From: Lentisphaeria bacterium
GTDB lineage: Bacteria; Verrucomicrobiota; Lentisphaeria; Victivallales; UBA1829
Reading direction: 5' to 3'
NCBI GenBank assembly: GCA_017615635.1
Contig: JAFZZR010000099.1
Location: 6,618 to 70,617 of the forward strand
Length of the DNA stretch: 64,000 nucleotides
The notes beneath the pieces were generated by a model. The model did no database searches and was not told the origin of the DNA. It saw only the letters and a list, made by a program, of their open reading frames with translations. Shown one piece after another: positions 59,627 to 64,000 of this stretch; within the stretch, counting starts at the first letter, position 1, and each line of letters starts with the position of its first letter. Made by a program: the position numbers and the translations under genes.

Positions 59627-62600
59627 GACCCGTTTCTCCTTTCTTCTTTTTCTTCGACTGCATCCCCTCCAGCAGAGAGTACGCGGCGGGGATGAAGAAC
59701 AGCGTGATGATCGTGGAGGTGGTGAGGCCGCCGATGACCACCCGGGCCAGCGGAGCCTGCGCTTCTCCGCCGTCGCCCAGGCCCAAAGCCAGCGGGACCA
59801 GCCCCAGCACGGTGGTAAGCGTGGTCATGAGGATGGGACGGAGTCTCCGTCTTCCGGTCGTCCGGATGGCCAGATGGAGGGACATTCCGTCTCGCCTCCG
59901 AAGCAGATTGGCGGTATCGATGAGCAGGATCGCGTTGTTGACCACGATCCCGGCCAGCATGATGCATCCGATGAAGGACTGCATATTGAACGTGGTCTTC
60001 GTGAGGATGAGGGCAGAGATGACGCCGATGGACGCCAGGGGGACGGAGAACATGACGATCAGCGGGTCCTTCAGGGATTCGAACTGGCAGACCATGACCA
60101 TATAAACGAGGATCAGAGCCAGGATGAAGGCGAAAAGGAGTTCCCGGAACGTTTCCTGCTGATCTTCGTATGCACCGCTGAACGAAATGGAAAAATCCGA
60201 GGGCAGCGGCTCCAGCGCACGCAGCTTCTCCCGGAATTCCTCCACGGCAGACCCCATATCCCGGTCCAGCAGATTGGCCGTGACCGTCAGCACCCGCTGC
60301 TGGTTTTTCCGTTCGATAGTCACAGGGCCCAGCGTGGGTTTCGTGGTGACCACGTTCTGCAGGATCACGTTTTCTCCGTTTCCGTTCTGGACGGTCATAT
60401 CCATGACGTCCGGCACGGTCATGCGGTCCGCATCCTTCACCTTGACCCGGATCGTGTATTCGTCGCCGCGCTCCCGGTAATTGCCGGCTTCGCTGCCTGC
60501 CAGGATCGTCCGGAGCGCATCGGCAATGGTCTTGACCGAGAGATTCAGCGTTTCGGCTTTTTCCCGGTCGATGGCGATCCGCTGTTCCGGCGTTCCCTCG
60601 TCGCGGCTCAGCTGAACGTCGGTCACGCCGGCGATCGTCCGGGCGATCTCGGCGGCCCGGCGGCCCAGTTCGTCCGCCGTCTTGAAATCGTATCCCCGGA
60701 TGTCCAGCTTGATTTCATCGGTGCCGGAGGAGCCGCCGCCCATGAAGGAACGTCTGGGACGGACCCGGAAGGTGGTCCCCGGCAGCTTGTTCAGTTCCCC
60801 GTTCAGTTCCAGGCAGACCTCGTCCGTGGTGATCTTGCGCCGGGATCGCGGCAGAAGTTCCAGACTGTACGTTCCCTTGTGGCCTCCGGACGCCCGCCAG
60901 CTGGAGGCGCCGGCCCGGGACGTCAGATTGATCAGATTGTCTCCGCAGATGCGGTGCACAATGGGCTCGCAAAGCTGGAGAGTCCGGTTGATGAAGGAGG
61001 GCGACGTGCCCACCGCGTCTTCGTAGTTGATCTGGATCTCGCCCTCGTCGGTGGGCGGCATCATTTCCGTGCCGATGACCAGAGCCAGGAAGCACGAGGC
61101 GCCGAGGACGGCCAGGATCAGCAGAATGAAAACGATCCGGAACTGCAGGACCCGTTCCAGAAGGATGGCATACCAGGCCGAAAAACGGGAGAAGCCGCGC
61201 TGGATCCGGCGGAAAAATCGTCCGCCGGAAACACGGGCCCGGCCGGATGGATCCTCCGCCAGAAAATGACCGGCCAGCATGGGGACCAGAGTCAGAGCGG
61301 AAACCAGCGAGCACAGGAGAGAAAACACGATGACCATGGCCAGCTGTTTGAACATGACGCCCGCGATCCCCTGCGTGAAGACCAGAGGCAGGAAAACGGC
61401 CACGGTGGTGAAGGTACTGGCGATCAAAGCGCCGGTCACCTCCTCCGTCCCTTTTACGGCCGCCTCACGGCGCGGCATGCCGCCATCGTGCAGACGGACA
61501 ATATTCTCCAGCACCACGATGGAGTTGTCCACCAGCATGCCGACTCCGAGAGCCAGTCCGCCCAGCGTCATGATGTTGATCGTGTATCCGCAGAAATAGA
61601 CGAGCACGAAAGTCGCCACAACGGAAAGAGGGATGCTTATGGCGATGATCATCGTACTGCGCAGATTGCAGAGGAAGAGGAAGAGGATCACGATGGCGAG
61701 AAGTCCGCCGGTAATGGCCGAATTCGCCACGTTGTCGATGGACCGCCGGATGTATTTGGAGGAATCGCTGACCGCGGAGATGCGGAACTCGTTGTGCATG
61801 TCCTCGTTGATTTTCTCCAGCTCCTTCTTCACCGCATCAGCCACGGCCACCGTGTTGGATCCGGACTGTTTGTAGATTCCGATGAAGATGCCCGGTTTTC
61901 CGTTGACCCGTACGAAATTGGTGACCTCCTCGTTGGTGTCCCGGACCTCCGCCACATCCCGCAGCCGGATGCCCGATCCGTCGGGCGCGGCGGCCAGATA
62001 AAGCTCCCGCAGCTGGTCCAGCGAATCGAAGGCGCCGATGGTCCTCATGCGGACTTCCATGGTGCCCGATTTCAGGTTGCCCGCGGGAGTGGTGACGTTG
62101 GCGTGCTGAAGCTTCGCCAGAATCGTTTCCAGCGAAACGTTCAGGGTCTTTGCCTTGTCCACATCCAGCAGGACCTGGATCTCCCGGGTAAGTCCGCCGA
62201 AAATGTTGGCGGAGGCTACGCCGTTGATCCGCTCCAGCCGGTACTGGACCTGATCCTCCAGCAGTTTTTTCGCCTTCAGAAGATCCATGTCGGTACTGAC
62301 GCCCAGGCGCATGATGGGCATGGAGGCCGAGTTGAACCGCCGGAGCGTGGGACGGTCCACGTCGTCGGGCAGATTCCGCATGGCGCGGTCGATCTTGTCA
62401 CGGATATCCGAAACAGCCTCGTCAAGATTCGTTCCCCAGGTGAATTTCACCGTGATGGAGCTGTTCTCCTCGCCGGACACGGAGTAGATTTCCTTGATGC
62501 CCGTCACGGCGCTGATGGATCGCTCCAGGGGACGCGTGATAAGCTCCTCCACCTCCTCCGGGCTGGCGTCGGTGTATTTCGTGTTGAGCGAGACCGAGGG

Positions 62601-62726
62601 GAAATCGATTTCCGGGAAAAGGTCCACCGGAAGATATTTCAGGGATATGCCGCCCAGGACGATCACGATGCATCCGATCATCGTAATGAAGAGCGGACGC
62701 GAAACGGAGAAACTGGCCGCAATCAT
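59598..62726 (-). CDS. RND efflux transporter permease (AcrB family)
   Basis: SRP start; LPVDLFP; GMLVDNSIVVLEN; RLRPILMTT. Confidence 0.95.
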   Translation of the reverse strand: MIAASFSVSRPLFITMIGCIVIVLGGISLKYLPVDLFPEIDFPSVSLNTKYTDASPEEVEELITRPLERSISAVTGIKEIYSVSGEENSSITVKFTWGTNLDEAVSDIRDKIDRAMRNLPDDVDRPTLRRFNSASMPIMRLGVSTDMDLLKAKKLLEDQVQYRLERINGVASANIFGGLTREIQVLLDVDKAKTLNVSLETILAKLQHANVTTPAGNLKSGTMEVRMRTIGAFDSLDQLRELYLAAAPDGSGIRLRDVAEVRDTNEEVTNFVRVNGKPGIFIGIYKQSGSNTVAVADAVKKELEKINEDMHNEFRISAVSDSSKYIRRSIDNVANSAITGGLLAIVILFLFLCNLRSTMIIAISIPLSVVATFVLVYFCGYTINIMTLGGLALGVGMLVDNSIVVLENIVRLHDGGMPRREAAVKGTEEVTGALIASTFTTVAVFLPLVFTQGIAGVMFKQLAMVIVFSLLCSLVSALTLVPMLAGHFLAEDPSGRARVSGGRFFRRIQRGFSRFSAWYAILLERVLQFRIVFILLILAVLGASCFLALVIGTEMMPPTDEGEIQINYEDAVGTSPSFINRTLQLCEPIVHRICGDNLINLTSRAGASSWRASGGHKGTYSLELLPRSRRKITTDEVCLELNGELNKLPGTTFRVRPRRSFMGGGSSGTDEIKLDIRGYDFKTADELGRRAAEIARTIAGVTDVQLSRDEGTPEQRIAIDREKAETLNLSVKTIADALRTILAGSEAGNYRERGDEYTIRVKVKDADRMTVPDVMDMTVQNGNGENVILQNVVTTKPTLGPVTIERKNQQRVLTVTANLLDRDMGSAVEEFREKLRALEPLPSDFSISFSGAYEDQQETFRELLFAFILALILVYMVMVCQFESLKDPLIVMFSVPLASIGVISALILTKTTFNMQSFIGCIMLAGIVVNNAILLIDTANLLRRRDGMSLHLAIRTTGRRRLRPILMTTLTTVLGLVPLALGLGDGGEAQAPLARVVIGGLTTSTIITLFFIPAAYSLLEGMQSKKKKKGETGHAAAVQTNP

Positions 62727-63961
62727 GGCTTCTTCTCCGCTTCGACCGGTTTTTCCTCCACTCCGGATTTTTTCTTCTGCTGTTCCGCCATTTCCGCACG
62801 GGAAAGCTCCGACATGATGATTTCACGACCGTCCTTCAGCAGATGATTCCCCACCGTCACCACGGGCCCGCGGATCTCCGGGGAAAGGATCTCCACATGT
62901 TCTCCGTCGGTCAGACCGGTCCGCACCGGTGTCCGCACGGCTTTCCCGTCCCGGCTGCAGAATACCATCTGCATGTCGTCATCCTGAATGACGGCGATGA
63001 GAGGCAGAGTCAGGGCGTTTTTGTGAATGCCGAGAATGACCTTTGCGCGGAGGAACATGCCGGGGCGGAGCCGGAGATCCTGATTCTCGATGGTGATGAC
63101 GGCGACGGCGCTCCGCGTCTTGTCCGAAAGCGTATTGCCGATATGGGTGATCGTCCCCTCGAAAACGGCATCCGGATAGGCATCCGTGGTGATCTCCGCC
63201 TTCTGTCCTTCATGCAGCAGCGGATAATCCCGCTCGATGATCTGGATGTACGCCTTCACCCGGTTCAGCTCCACGATGCTCACGATCGGCGTGCCTACGG
63301 AAAGGAGCGTCCCCTCGTCCACGTACCGGTTCCCGATGTGGCGGATCTCGCCGTCCCCGTTCCAGTCGGCCAGGATTTCCGTATCGGAAAGTTTCAGCTT
63401 CGCGTTGTCCAGCAGCGCCTGACACCGTTTGACTTCCGCCTTGCACATTTCCAGAGCGGCCTCGGCGGACACCATATCGCTTTCCGCCTGCTCGTAGACG
63501 GATTCCGAGGTGGCGTTCCGTTCCCGCAGCCTCTTCTGCCGTTCGAACTCGTTCCGCTTCGTCGCGGCAAGCCCTTCCGCCTCCTTCTGCTTCGCCTGCG
63601 CATAGTCCAGGTTCGCCGCAGCCTGACGGACCTGCTGCACGTATTCCGTATCGTCGATCTTTGCAATCAGCTGTCCCCGCTTCACCGTATCCCCGATATC
63701 GCAGTTCAGGCGGATCAGGCGCCCCGCGACCTTCGGGGATATATCGTAGTCGCTCCAGGCCAGAGCCGTGCCGGAAAACCGCCGTTCGTCCCGCATGGTC
63801 CGCCGCTCCGGCATGACCATGTTGACGGAGAGAGCGCCCCGTTCCTTTTTTTCTTTGCGCCCGGATTCCTTCAGCCGGGCTTCCCGATAGCGGTAGACAG
63901 TCAGGGCGGCGAGGCCGAGGATGGCCAGCAGACAAATGAAAGCGAAGATTTTTCTTGCCAT
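62723..63961 (-). CDS. RND periplasmic adaptor (membrane fusion protein)
   Basis: N-terminal TM; GDTVKRGQLIAKID lipoyl half-motif; coiled coil; LRPGMF. Confidence 0.93.
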   Translation of the reverse strand: MARKIFAFICLLAILGLAALTVYRYREARLKESGRKEKKERGALSVNMVMPERRTMRDERRFSGTALAWSDYDISPKVAGRLIRLNCDIGDTVKRGQLIAKIDDTEYVQQVRQAAANLDYAQAKQKEAEGLAATKRNEFERQKRLRERNATSESVYEQAESDMVSAEAALEMCKAEVKRCQALLDNAKLKLSDTEILADWNGDGEIRHIGNRYVDEGTLLSVGTPIVSIVELNRVKAYIQIIERDYPLLHEGQKAEITTDAYPDAVFEGTITHIGNTLSDKTRSAVAVITIENQDLRLRPGMFLRAKVILGIHKNALTLPLIAVIQDDDMQMVFCSRDGKAVRTPVRTGLTDGEHVEILSPEIRGPVVTVGNHLLKDGREIIMSELSRAEMAEQQKKKSGVEEKPVEAEKKP

Positions 63962-64000
63962 AAAAGGCTCCCTTTTTTGTGAGGCAAAAAACTGCCTCTT

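Overview
GC-rich bacterial chromosomal window. The gene content (DUF4838, a prepilin-type H-X9-DG protein, a TRL-like lipoprotein, many CAZymes) suggests a PVC-group organism, probably Lentisphaerota/Victivallales; this is an inference. Housekeeping genes: rpsB, tsf, folC, tolB, proA, manC, a moxR/bat-like operon and an RND efflux operon. Other blocks: a six-gene surface-glycan operon headed by a divergent XRE-HTH pair with operator palindromes inside both promoters; tRNA-Pro(TGG) and a CAT tRNA of the Ile2 type; a LacI-linked CAZyme operon containing a prepilin-like gene; two secreted beta-repeat proteins. Mobile DNA: a 3.6-kb integrative element at the CAT tRNA (46-bp att repeats) carrying a tyrosine integrase, an Xis-like gene and a truncated group II-like reverse transcriptase with no visible intron; and a brnTA toxin-antitoxin cassette between 35-bp duplications of the batA-like 3' end. 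Non-coding signals: an ATGAAGC-punctuated hairpin array behind tRNA-Pro, strong enrichment of TCCGGA, and a recurring TTGNNN-N16-TATATT promoter. All family calls come from reading motifs by eye; no database searches were run.
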